A DNA stretch of 64,000 nucleotides, taken from an uncultured candidate division Zixibacteria bacterium. Lineage in GTDB: Bacteria; Zixibacteria; MSB-5A5; GN15; FEB-12. This document shows, piece by piece, positions 1 through 9,949 of this stretch (the first letter of the stretch is position 1; each line of letters starts with the position of its first letter). The notes beneath the pieces are model-generated. The model was not told where the DNA came from. It saw only the letters and a program-made list of their open reading frames with translations, and made no database searches. The stretch covers positions 352,001 to 416,000 of the forward strand of contig CAWDXE010000004.1 in assembly GCA_963806185.1 (NCBI GenBank), given 5' to 3'. Both the position numbers and the translations under genes were made by a program.

Positions 1-108
1 GCCAAGACTCGTCTGGATACGCTGGACGCGAAACTCAAGGGAACCGACCTGGCGTTGCGTGCCGACCGCTTGTTTGCGGAGAAAGCTCCTGCGCAGGCCG
101 GCAGCTAA
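1..108 (+). CDS. 3' end of a truncated gene upstream of the GH57 gene (product not assignable)
   Basis: Frame 1 reads AKTRLDTLDAKLKGTDLALRADRLFAEKAPAQAGS and stops at TAA 106-108, 3 bp before the next start. Confidence 0.6.
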   Translation, partial: AKTRLDTLDAKLKGTDLALRADRLFAEKAPAQAGS

Positions 109-111
109 GCA

Positions 112-2247
112 TTGGCCACTGAAAAGCCGATTCGCATTGCCATACTCTGGCACATGCATCAGCCCAACTATCGCGAGCCGAACTCCCGTCGGCTGGCGAT
201 GCCATGGGTACGACTCCATGCTATAAAAGACTATCTCGACATGCCGCTGTTGGCGGAGCGGTATGAGAAGGTCAAAGTTACCTTCAACCTTGTTCCGTCA
301 CTGCTGGATCAGCTCGATCTCTATCTCGACGGGGGCAGTGACCGTCATCTGGAACTGACCCGGCTCAGGGCCGACGATCTCGACGTAGCCGCCAAACTCG
401 AAATTATCGGTAGTTTCTTCACGGCGAACCCGGCACAGATGATCGGGCCGCACCCCCGGTACAAAGAACTGTACGATAAGGCGCGTCAGAACACCATCCA
501 TGGCACGAATCTGGCGGCGCTGTATTCATCATCAGAAATCCGCGACCTTCAGGTTTGGTCCAATCTCGCCTGGGTTGACCCGGAATTCCGTCGTGAGCCG
601 GTCATCAAGGGGTTATTTGCGAAAGGGCGGCACTTCACCGAGGAGGACAAGCAGGCGCTGCTCGACTGGCAGCTCAAGTTAATCTCGCGCATCGTGCCGA
701 CCTATCGCCGGCTAGCTGACGAAGGGCGCATTGAAGTTTCATTTACGCCCTATTATCACCCCATTCTGCCCCTGCTTTGCGACACCAGTGCCGCTCTGGA
801 GGCGCTTCCCAGCATGCGCTTACCCAACACCCGGTTTGTCCATCCGGAAGATGCCGAGAAGCAGATTCAGATGTCGATGGAGAAATACGAGCGCATCTTC
901 GGCCGTCGAATGGTGGGGATGTGGCCGTCGGAGGGGTCAGTCAGCGAAGCGGCACTGAATATTGCCCTGCGGCTCGGAATCCAGTGGGTGGCGACTGATG
1001 AGGAAATACTCACGCAGTCACTGGCGAAATCCGGGCTGGAGCGCTCGTCGAATCCGCTCCACACCGTCTACGAGTACGGGCCGGGGCTGAAGATGTTCTT
1101 CCGGGATCACGGTCTTTCCGATCGGATTGGCTTTGTCTATTCCAGTTGGCCGGCGGAACGTTCGGTGGCCGACTTCGTGGAGCACCTTTGTAGTCTCCGG
1201 GAATATCTCTATCCCATGATTGACAAAGTCGTCGTGCCGATCATTCTCGACGGGGAAAACGCCTGGGAGTACTTCCCGGATGACGGCAATGAATTCCTGG
1301 ATAAGTTGTATCGGAGTCTTAACGACGATCCGCGCATCCAATTGGTGACGATGAGTGAGGCTGCGGCGATGACGCCGGCTCGTCCGTTGCCGTCGGTGTA
1401 CGCCGGGTCGTGGATCAATCACAACTTCAAAATCTGGATCGGCCATTCCGAAGACAACCAGGCCTGGGACCTGTTGAGCCGTGCTCGCCAGGTGCTGGTT
1501 GAGTTCGAGCAGACGCATCCCGGGTATTCACCCGAACGGCTGAAGGTGGCCTGGGACCAGATTTATGTCGCCGAGGGGTCTGACTGGAACTGGTGGTTTG
1601 GCGAAGAGCATCGGGGTGGATCAAACGAAGAGTTCGACAAGATTTTCCGCCGCCACTTGGCGGCCGTGTACGAAATGCTCGGACTCGAGATTCCGTTCGA
1701 GTTACTTCGACCCATTTACGGCGGCAGCATTGAATCGTTTACCATTCTTCCGGTGGACATGGTGACGGCGGAAATCGACGGTCGGCTGTCGCACTTTTAT
1801 GAGTGGACGGGCGCAGGTTATTATGACTGCCTCAAAGCGGGCGGGGCGATGCATCGGGTCGAGCGATATCTGTCAGGAATCTACTTCGGCTACGATCACG
1901 AGCGGGTCTATCTGCGCGTCGATGTCCAAAGCCAACGCGGCCTGGCCGGGTTGGCCCGGCCGAAAATCGATATCAAAATGGCAACTCCGCAGCCGCTGGT
2001 AATCAGCGCCGACCTAAGTCAGCGGGGAACGTCGGCACAACTGCCCCAGAAATACACGCTTGCATTTGACGAGTTGCTGGAGTTGGCGGTTGAGCGGTCG
2101 TACATATGGCCGGAGGGTTTCGGGCCGCTGACCATCGCGGTCTCCCTGATGGACGGCGAGAAGAAAATGGAATCCTGGCCGGAGGATGCGCCGATCATCT
2201 TGCAGGTGCCCGAGCGGCACAAAGAGCTCTTCTGGCCGTCCTGGTAG
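112..2247 (+). CDS. Glycoside hydrolase family 57 (alpha-amylase/amylopullulanase-like)
   Basis: GH57 motifs LWHMHQP, PYYHPILPLL, WPSEGSVS (nucleophile Glu), LDGENAWE (acid/base Asp) and AEGSDWNWW. Confidence 0.93.
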   Translation: MATEKPIRIAILWHMHQPNYREPNSRRLAMPWVRLHAIKDYLDMPLLAERYEKVKVTFNLVPSLLDQLDLYLDGGSDRHLELTRLRADDLDVAAKLEIIGSFFTANPAQMIGPHPRYKELYDKARQNTIHGTNLAALYSSSEIRDLQVWSNLAWVDPEFRREPVIKGLFAKGRHFTEEDKQALLDWQLKLISRIVPTYRRLADEGRIEVSFTPYYHPILPLLCDTSAALEALPSMRLPNTRFVHPEDAEKQIQMSMEKYERIFGRRMVGMWPSEGSVSEAALNIALRLGIQWVATDEEILTQSLAKSGLERSSNPLHTVYEYGPGLKMFFRDHGLSDRIGFVYSSWPAERSVADFVEHLCSLREYLYPMIDKVVVPIILDGENAWEYFPDDGNEFLDKLYRSLNDDPRIQLVTMSEAAAMTPARPLPSVYAGSWINHNFKIWIGHSEDNQAWDLLSRARQVLVEFEQTHPGYSPERLKVAWDQIYVAEGSDWNWWFGEEHRGGSNEEFDKIFRRHLAAVYEMLGLEIPFELLRPIYGGSIESFTILPVDMVTAEIDGRLSHFYEWTGAGYYDCLKAGGAMHRVERYLSGIYFGYDHERVYLRVDVQSQRGLAGLARPKIDIKMATPQPLVISADLSQRGTSAQLPQKYTLAFDELLELAVERSYIWPEGFGPLTIAVSLMDGEKKMESWPEDAPIILQVPERHKELFWPSW

Positions 2248-2268
2248 CAGGAAAGGACTGGTGCACAT

Positions 2269-2682
2269 ATGGCGGAATCGTTTTTTCATGATCACGGCAC
2301 GGAAGCGCCGGTAGACGCTGACGCCGCCGGAAACCAGCCGGAACAACAAGCGGCAAAAGAGGGAGCCCGGCCTGAAGCATCGACCGAAGAAGACGCCAAG
2401 ATTGCTGCAATCATGGCCTATGTTCCGTTTCTCTGCTTCATTCCATTGCTCAACATGCGGGAGAATAAGGAAGCACAGTTCCACGCCCGACAAGGCGTGA
2501 TCCTGTTCTTATTGGAACTGCTGGCCGGACTGCTGCTTATTGACGGTATTGCGGATTTTGTGTTCAAGGCGGTGCTCGTGGCGGCAGTAGCGCTCTCGAT
2601 AGCTGGCGTCTATTTTGCGCTGCAAGGGAAGAAACTTCGTCTGCCGGTGATCAGTGACCTGGCGGACAAAACAAAGTTGTAA
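2269..2682 (+). CDS. DUF4870-like small membrane protein
   Basis: AAIMAYVPFLCFIPL...FHARQG...LPVI pattern with three hydrophobic helices. Confidence 0.75.
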   Translation: MAESFFHDHGTEAPVDADAAGNQPEQQAAKEGARPEASTEEDAKIAAIMAYVPFLCFIPLLNMRENKEAQFHARQGVILFLLELLAGLLLIDGIADFVFKAVLVAAVALSIAGVYFALQGKKLRLPVISDLADKTKL

Positions 2683-2690
2683 GGAAACGT

Positions 2691-3506
2691 ATGAGACGAA
2701 TATTCGTGCTTTGTCTAGTTTGTCTGGTGGTATGGTCGTGTGCCACCACCGGGCCGGGGGGGAAGCAATCGTTTATTCTTATTCCCACGGGACAGGAAGT
2801 CGAGATCGGCAGGGGGATGGCAGCCGAAATCGACAAGACCGAGAAGAAATTGGCCGACTCATCGTGGCAGAAATATCTGGCTGAAGTGGGACAGAAAGTG
2901 GTGGCGGTTTCCGACCGGAAGGATTTGCAGTATTCGTTTACGGTCATCGAGTCGGACCAGGTGAATGCCTTTGCGGGGCCGGGCGGGTTTGTTTATTTCT
3001 ATACCGGTCTGCTCCGCGAGATGCAGTCTGAAGGGGAATTGGCGGCAGTATTGGCGCATGAGATTTCCCATGTTGTCGGGCGGCACAGCGTGAAGCAGAT
3101 TCAGACGGCCATGGGGGCCGGCCTGGCGTATCAGCTGGTATTCGGTGACAGCGATAAGAAGGCGCTCTCCACGGCTGTGGCGATCGGGTTGAATCTGGCG
3201 ATGTCGGGGTATTCTCGCGACGCGGAGCGTGAGGCGGACAGGTTCGGCGTCGAGTACATGGTGAAAGCGGGGTATGACCCGCAGGGAATGACGGCGATGT
3301 TTAATACGCTCGCTCGTTTAGGTGGTGGATCGGGCGGCAGCGATATTTTTGAGAGTCTGTCCAGTACCCATCCGGACACGCAAGAGCGGATTGCGAATAC
3401 CAAAGCGCAGATTGCCAATATGGGGACTCTGCCGGCGGGACTCAAGGTGAATAAGGATCGCTATCAGCAGATGGTCAAGCGCCTGCCTCCGGCGGCGAGA
3501 AAGTAA
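2691..3506 (+). CDS. M48 family zinc metalloprotease lipoprotein
   Basis: Lipobox VWSC, VNAFAGPGG, HEISH zinc motif, YSRDAEREAD and STHP. Confidence 0.93.
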   Translation: MRRIFVLCLVCLVVWSCATTGPGGKQSFILIPTGQEVEIGRGMAAEIDKTEKKLADSSWQKYLAEVGQKVVAVSDRKDLQYSFTVIESDQVNAFAGPGGFVYFYTGLLREMQSEGELAAVLAHEISHVVGRHSVKQIQTAMGAGLAYQLVFGDSDKKALSTAVAIGLNLAMSGYSRDAEREADRFGVEYMVKAGYDPQGMTAMFNTLARLGGGSGGSDIFESLSSTHPDTQERIANTKAQIANMGTLPAGLKVNKDRYQQMVKRLPPAARK

Positions 3507-3530
3507 GGTCAGGCTCCCTGTGAGCCTGAC
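3503..3530 (+). repeat. REP-like palindrome (GTAG-family-like), copy 1
   Basis: GTAAG-GTCAGGCTC-cctgt-GAGCCTGAC: a perfect 9-bp stem overlapping the M48 stop codon, related to the element at 4054-4080. Confidence 0.55.
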
Positions 3531-3551
3531 GTAGGGCCTGCCAACTGTGGC

Positions 3552-3579
3552 TCATGCTTCGACTCCGCTCAGCATGACG
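3552..3579 (-). repeat. CGTC-type REP-like palindrome
   Basis: The minus strand reads CGTCATGCTGAGCGGAGTCGAAGCATGA, with a TCATGCT/AGCATGA stem and a CGTC tag. Confidence 0.5.
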
Positions 3580-3594
3580 CTTCGCGACGAGTGA

Positions 3595-3969
3595 TTATTC
3601 CTCACCATCAGTTTCCTCGTCATCCGCACCCTCCAGCTCGACATACCAACCTTCGTATTCGACCCCCGTGCGGGCGGCGATATCGAGGCAGAGATCGGAC
3701 ATGGCGTTGAGGGCGGACAGAGCGGGGACGAAGGTGCGAGTGGCGTCGACGGTGAATTGATTGTCTTCGTCGCCATCCGGATCGTCGGTGAGATAAGCTT
3801 CTTCGAACCCGGATTCAAGGAGGAGGTCGGCGAGGGCCTCGGCTTGATGTTGCGAGTCGGTGCTGAAGGCACAGAAGATTTCCACCGGCTCGCTGATATT
3901 GACGCCTTCGTTCACGAGCTCGGCGAGCATCTTTTCGTTTTCGGCGTAGTGCCAGGCGGAGAGTTTCAT
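3595..3969 (-). CDS. RraB-like (ribonuclease E inhibitor B domain) acidic protein
   Basis: L..L...G.N...P..I pattern and C-terminal AARTGVEYEGW followed by an acidic tail. Likely start is MKLSAW at 3969. Confidence 0.65.
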   Translation of the reverse strand: MKLSAWHYAENEKMLAELVNEGVNISEPVEIFCAFSTDSQHQAEALADLLLESGFEEAYLTDDPDGDEDNQFTVDATRTFVPALSALNAMSDLCLDIAARTGVEYEGWYVELEGADDEETDGEE

Positions 3970-4053
3970 AGGGGGGAATCCAAACCTCACCTCGAGCGGG
4001 GTTGAGCTACCGTGACGCGCAGCAAAGCAGTGGCACAATAATTCAACCCCATC

Positions 4054-4080
4054 GTCAGGGGCACGAGGCCCCTGACCTAT
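4054..4080 (-). repeat. REP-like palindrome (GTAG-family-like), copy 2
   Basis: The minus strand reads ATAG-GTCAGGGGC-ctcgt-GCCCCTGAC: a 9-bp stem overlapping the S9 peptidase TAG stop. Confidence 0.55.
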
Positions 4081-6099
4081 TTCTTCAAATACTTATCCAT
4101 CCACTTGAGAATCCAGTTGAGGCGGGCGCGGCGACGGTCGGGGCGGCCGTGGCGAGAGAGGCCGTGCGGTTCCTCCGGGAAACGGACGAACTCAACCGTC
4201 TTGCCCAACAGCTTCAGTTTCGCAAACATCTGCTCGGCCTGCTCGATGCCACAGCGCAAATCCTGTTCGTTGTGCAGAATCAACACCGGCGTGCGGACCT
4301 TGTCCATGTGATAGATCGGCGAGCACTTGATGTAATTCGCCATGTTGGTCCAGGGGAAGCCGTTGAACTCACGATCGAGCGAATAGCCGAAATCGGATGA
4401 ACCCACAAACGACACCAGATCGACCACCGAGCGCTGGGTGACCGCCGCCCGGAAGCGATGGGTGTGAGCAATCACCCAGTTGGTCATATAGCCGCCGTAC
4501 GATCCGCCGGTAATGCCCATTCGTTTCTTGTCATTATACCGCTGCTTCTCGAGCCAGTCGGTGGCCGCCATGCAATCTTTGTAGTCGAGATCACCCCAGC
4601 CGCCGGAGATGGCATCAGCCCAGGTTTCGCCCCTACCCGCGCCGCCGCGCGGGTTGGTGTAGAGCACGACATAGCCGGTGGCCGCCAGAAACTGCATTTC
4701 ATGGAAAAACGTATTGGCGTATTGGACACGCGGGCCGCCGTGAACCTCGAGAATCGACGGATACTTCTTGTTCGGGTTGAAATCGGGCGGGGTCAGACAG
4801 CCAGCCGGTAACCTCGGTGCCGTCAAACGATTTGATCGAGACGACTTTGGTCCTGCCCAGTTTGACCTCGGAGCGGAGGAACGGGTTCAGGTCAGTGAGG
4901 ACCTTTGTCTTTTTCTCGCCGCCATACTGCGAGGGGAAAGCCATAACATCGCCCGGGTTGGTCAGGTCGGCGTAGATGATGGCGGCGGTGTTGCCACGGC
5001 CGTTCATCGAGAGTCCTCGAACGTGACAATCGCCCTTGAAAATGCGGGTCGGCTTGCCGCCGCCGCGCGGGACGTAGTACAGATTAGTGCTGCCGTCGTC
5101 GGACGATAAAAAGAACAGCCGCCGGCTATCGCCCGACCAGAAGAGGGTGGCCGACTCGTGGACATCCGAAGTGTCGGTGATGGACTGATCTTGAGCCATC
5201 CGGTCAAAGTTGCGGAGGAGGTTTTTGGCCGAGCCCTTGCTGCCGAGATTAACGAGCCAGACGTGGCGATTGCGCACGCCCCACGGATCGTTGGGATCGT
5301 CGTGACCGATATAGGCGATGTACTTGCCGTCGGGCGAGAATTTCGGCGTCGCAATCGGGCCATACGGTGTCGGAATCAGTTTCTCCTTGCCGCCGGCGAA
5401 CGGAATCATGAAAAGGTCATCATAGAGCGCATCCATATCAGGATCGCGGCGGCGATTCGAAATGTAGCAAACCCATTTGCCGTCGGGAGAGAGCGCGGGG
5501 GAGTGATTGTCGCGGTTGCCTGAGGTCAGTTTTCGCAGTTTGGCGCTCTCGAGATCCAACGCGTAGACCTGAAAGGTATCTTTGGGGAGGAAGCCGAGGC
5601 CGTCGAGGCGGTACCAGAGCCGGGTAATGTGGCGGTAGACGGGCGGCTCTTTCTTCTTCTTCTCATCTTCAATGAAGTGCGAGTCGTTGTACCGGAGGCC
5701 GAAGACGAGCTGTTTGCCGTCCGGATGCCAAAGGAGGTCGCCGATGGCGGCGTCAAGTTCGATGATCTTGCGTTCCGAGCCGCCTTCGACGGGCATGACG
5801 TAGAGGGCGGTTTTCTTGTCGCGCACGGAAACGAACGCCAGTTGGCGGCCGTCAGGCGACCAGGCCGGTCGCTGATCGTTCTGATCGCCGAAGGTGAATT
5901 GACGGGGGATACCGGAGCGCAAATCGCAAAGGTAGATGTTTTGAAAGTAGCTGTTTTCCTTTTCGTCCATGCGCTCGACCGTGTAGGCGACCCTGGACTC
6001 GTCCGGAGAGAGGGCCAGGCCGGTGACAATGCGCAGATTGAACAAGTCGGCGTCGGTGATTTTGCGCCGTTTGGAGATTCGTCGAGTATGGGTAGCCAT
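4077..6099 (-). CDS. S9 family peptidase (acylaminoacyl/dipeptidyl peptidase) with a WD40/TolB-like propeller; one frameshift near 4795
   Basis: ORF 4699-6099 has SPDG propeller repeats. ORF 4077-4826 has VHGGP, GGSYGG, DLRC and HGLSR. The two join at GWL/LTPPDF. Confidence 0.9.
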
Positions 6100-6368
6100 G
6101 GGAACGATCCTTCCTGGTAGCTAACTTGTTGATCCACAAGGATAATACAAAGCGGGATGGAGGGCCACAAGTTAAATTGGGACTGTCCGATAATGTGGAG
6201 TGAATAGAGCCGAGTAAGCTTTGATGGAATTGAAAATTGCTTTTGCAATTTTGGACAAAACGTCTAAATTAGCGGGAGCATAATGCGCCGTATACTGTTA
6301 TATCTCAGCAGTACTGAAGAAGATATGAAGTTGGCACCTCGGGAAGGTGACGTCAAGGAGGTTTTCAG

Positions 6369-8675
6369 TTGGAAGTCCTGACCCTTATAGACAAGGTTAA
6401 AAACTACGACGGAAAGCGACCGGCCAAGCTCAAGCCGAATCAGCCGCTGGAAGAGTACTCGGGGAAGACGCCGGACGAATTGCGGAACATGCTACGCACG
6501 ATGCTCAAGGCTCGTCGCGTCGAGCGCGAGGAGAAGCTGTTATTGCGCAAGGGGTACAACCGGTTCTTTATCGGCTGCGGCGGCAAGGAACTCATCGATG
6601 TCTGTCTGGCCGACGCCTTCCGCCCGAATGATCCGATGTTGCGGCTATTATCGCAACAAGGCGTTCGATCTGTACCGGGGCTCGACACTGTGGGACAAGA
6701 TGCTCGAGGCGATCGGCGATCCCCGGTCGCGCAATCAGCGGACAGCAGATTCCGGCCCATCCCGGCTATCCTGATCTGGCCATCATTCCGCAGGCCTCGC
6801 CGACCGGCGCGCACGCTCTGGAAGCCTCCGGGTTGGCCGAAGCGATTGCTGCATCCAGTGACCGATTTCCCAACAGGCGCCGATTCCCGGTGGTGCGTAT
6901 CCTGCGCGATGCGGTGACGTTCTGCTGTATCGGCGAAGGGTCGACCTCCGAAGCCGAGTTCGCTCGTGCCGTCTTTTACACGGCGTTTTACAAGACCCGT
7001 TCGATTTTTGCGATCTACAATTGTGGCTGGGCTATTTCAGTGTCGGTGGAGGAGCAGTTCCCCGAAGGGGATCCGACCACACCGTTTGAAGGGTATCAGC
7101 GGTTTGGGCTGAAAATCATGCACGTCGACGGTACTGAAGTCAAAGAAATGCTGGCCAAGGCGCAGGAAGCGGAAGCCTACGCTCGCTCCGGTCAGGGCCC
7201 GGTGCTGATGGAAGTGTCAGCGTCACGCGCGAAGGCTCGCATTCCGGCTCCGACGACCAGTCGTTCTACATGGATCCGGTCGAGCAGGACTGGCATACCT
7301 ATAACGACTGCATTCTCAAGACCTGCAATACGTTTATCGAAGATGGCATTATCACGCCGAACGAGATCGGCGAGATTTGGGATGAACTCGATAAGGAGGT
7401 GACCGAGTTGTCGCAGAAGGCAGTGGCCGACGTTCACACCGAAGACGACCGAGTTCGTGAAGAGTCTGGTCTGACGTACGATTTTGAAGAGGCCAAGAAG
7501 ACGTGGAAGAAATACCGGGATGCCTCGCAAGATCGATCGGGCCGAGCAAGTTCAAAGAATATCATCACAAGGGGTATTTCGCGACTCCGGAACTGCCGGA
7601 AAATATCGGCCCGATGACGATGCGGTTCGCGATCAATTACCAGCTCTTTGATCTGTTCGGGTTGACCGAAGACGTCCTGCTGTTCGGCGAGGATGTGGCC
7701 GATTTCTCCGGTCACATGATCGAAGAAAAGGAAAAGCAGGCCAAGCTGAAGGGGAAGGGGGGCGTCTTCCTCGTTTCCAAGAATCTTCAGCGTGAATTCG
7801 GCAATGACCGGTGTTTCAATACACCGCTGGATGAGGCCGGCATTCTCGGCCGGGCGGCCGGCCACTGTCTACCAGGGGCGTCGCCCGATGCCGGAAATTC
7901 AGTTCCTGGACTACATGTCGCCTGCGTATCAGATACTCAAGGACAAGATCGCCACGACTTACCAGCGTTCCGGCGGACTGTTCAGGATGCCGATGGTGAT
8001 CCGCACAACTTACGGCGGCTACAAGCAGGGGGCCGGAGCCTTCTGGCATTCCGAAGGCAATCTCGGCACCTGGATGAATATCCCCGGTCTTTTGATCGCT
8101 GTTCCGTCGAACGCCTACGATGCGGCCGGCTTGCTGAAGACCGCGTGGGCGAGTGACGATCCGGTGCTCTTCTGCGAATCGGTTGCGCTTTACAATCGCC
8201 GTGACTGGGAAGGAGTGCCGATTGAGACGAATTATCCGCCGATATCGATGAACTGATTCCGTTCGGTGTGGCCAAAGTCTACCATGAGGATCACACTGAT
8301 ATCGGCATCATCACTTACGGTGCGACTTTCCAGATGTGTCGCAAAGCGGCGGAAGTGCTCAAGGAAAAGGGCATTCACGTTCGCATCGTCGATCTCCGTA
8401 CGGTCAAGCCGATGGACGAAGCGACCATTTTGCAGACCGCCAAGGATTGTGGCAAGGTGATGGTGGTCACTGAGGATCGGTTCCTCGGCGGTTCGGCGGC
8501 CACGATTGCATCGGTGATCACCAGCGGAGAAGGGCTCTTCCATCTGGAGGCGCCGATCAAGCTGGTGACCGCCATTGACGCTCGAGTGGCCTATGGCGTC
8601 GACGGCGACGAAGCATGTTTGCCGACAGTCGGGAAGATCGTGGCGGCGTGCGAAGAGCTTCACGATCGCTACTAA
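6369..8675 (+). CDS. Fused alpha-beta E1 component of a TPP-dependent 2-oxoacid dehydrogenase; several frameshifts
   Basis: Successive ORF pieces carry GEGSTSE...YNCGWAIS, FGEDVA...GGVF, FNTPLDEAGI, EIQFLDY, VPSNAYDAAGLL and DLRTVKPMD. An AAGGAGG RBS precedes TTG 6369. Confidence 0.85.
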
Positions 8676-8700
8676 ATCCATCTTGTTTACCGATGATGAC

Positions 8701-8737
8701 ACGCCATTGGTGGAGACGCCAGTGGCGTTTTTCTTTT
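8701..8737 (+). terminator. Rho-independent terminator after the E1 gene
   Basis: ACGCCATTGG...CCAGTGGCGT stem followed by a T-rich tract. Confidence 0.7.
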
Positions 8738-8873
8738 GATCAAAAGGCCTTGCATGGCACTCAGAGGACAGAGTACTTTATAGGAACCTCACACGACCAA
8801 GGCCCCTGGACCAGGGATGGCCGTCACTCGAGGTTCACAGGGGGAAATTCGGCAATCGATTTTGGAGGTCAGT

Positions 8874-9899
8874 ATGAAACGCGTTGCTCTGCTGTCGGCA
8901 TTGGTTGTCTGCTTGCTGGCGATAGGCTGCTCGGACGGGCCGATGTCGCCGGTCGTCGCTGACTCACAGACGCCGGCCTCAAGCCTGACGGCGTTGGGGT
9001 GGCCAGACAATATGGCTGGTGAGGATCTCAATCCAGCACTCGCGACGGCGAATTGGATGCCCGACGATTCGCTCTGGAAATACGACGTCATCATGGTAAC
9101 AATTGTCTGGGGAAATGCCCTGTCGACCTCGGTGTATCCGAATCCAAACGCACCGCTGGTGGAGTGGAGCGGGGGGTTATGGATCAACGGTGTGGTCTAC
9201 CTTGATCCGCGGATGCTGATTTCGTTTGAACCGGGCCAAGACTCGCTTTTGGTGGGAAACGTTCACCCGCAGATCGGGTGGATTTCGTATACCAAGGGGG
9301 ACATCGACGGGATCACGTTCGCCATGTACGTCGATCGAACAGTCGTGTACGTCGTCGAACCGGAACTGCATTTCGAGACCGTACAGACAAATATCGCCTG
9401 GTCGCTGTCGCGGTTGTACTGTTTCGACAGCCTATACGTCGTCAACAACACCAACCTGGTCGCGATACACTCGCGTCGAGTTGAACAGACCTGCATGCAG
9501 GGATTGATTGCCGGGGACTGGATCAAGGCGGATGCCTCACACGGCACTTTCGAGGGCATCTGGGGTGGGCCGGCGAGCAATCTGCAGGGGCAGTTGAACG
9601 GAAGATTCTGGACCACCGATGAGGGCGATCGTTTGCTGGACGGGGAGTGGATAGACCCGGTGGCGAATGTGGTCGGGGCCATGAAGGGACGATGGGAATA
9701 TCTTGATCCTACCATGTGTCCGCTCTGCGGCGAGGGTCACGGATACCTCAAGGGCACGGTGACATTTCCGGAGGCCACTCGTTTGCCGATTCGACTGGTC
9801 GGAGAGTTTGGGCAGTTTGGCGCCGTGACCGACACCCTGCCTATTCGAGGGAGGTGGCAGACAGTCTGCAACACCGCCTCAGTCAGTTACACCGATTGA
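8874..9899 (+). CDS. Hypothetical lipoprotein
   Basis: GGAGG RBS, lipobox MKRVALL...LAIGC, a Gly/Trp-rich beta-strand C-terminal half and a CPLC motif. Confidence 0.8.
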   Translation: MKRVALLSALVVCLLAIGCSDGPMSPVVADSQTPASSLTALGWPDNMAGEDLNPALATANWMPDDSLWKYDVIMVTIVWGNALSTSVYPNPNAPLVEWSGGLWINGVVYLDPRMLISFEPGQDSLLVGNVHPQIGWISYTKGDIDGITFAMYVDRTVVYVVEPELHFETVQTNIAWSLSRLYCFDSLYVVNNTNLVAIHSRRVEQTCMQGLIAGDWIKADASHGTFEGIWGGPASNLQGQLNGRFWTTDEGDRLLDGEWIDPVANVVGAMKGRWEYLDPTMCPLCGEGHGYLKGTVTFPEATRLPIRLVGEFGQFGAVTDTLPIRGRWQTVCNTASVSYTD

Positions 9900-9921
9900 C
9901 AGATAACATTAGAGATCGTCG

Positions 9922-9949
9922 AGCGCCTGGTCAGTCCCGGGCGCTTTTT
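9922..9949 (+). terminator. Terminator hairpin between convergent genes
   Basis: AGCGCCTGG/CCGGGCGCT stem plus a T-run. Confidence 0.55.

Noticed and set aside
6100..6368. Riboswitch (e.g. TPP or glycine) upstream of the E1 gene
   Set aside because: No TPP (CUGAGA) or glycine aptamer consensus is recognisable; there is only a short hairpin.
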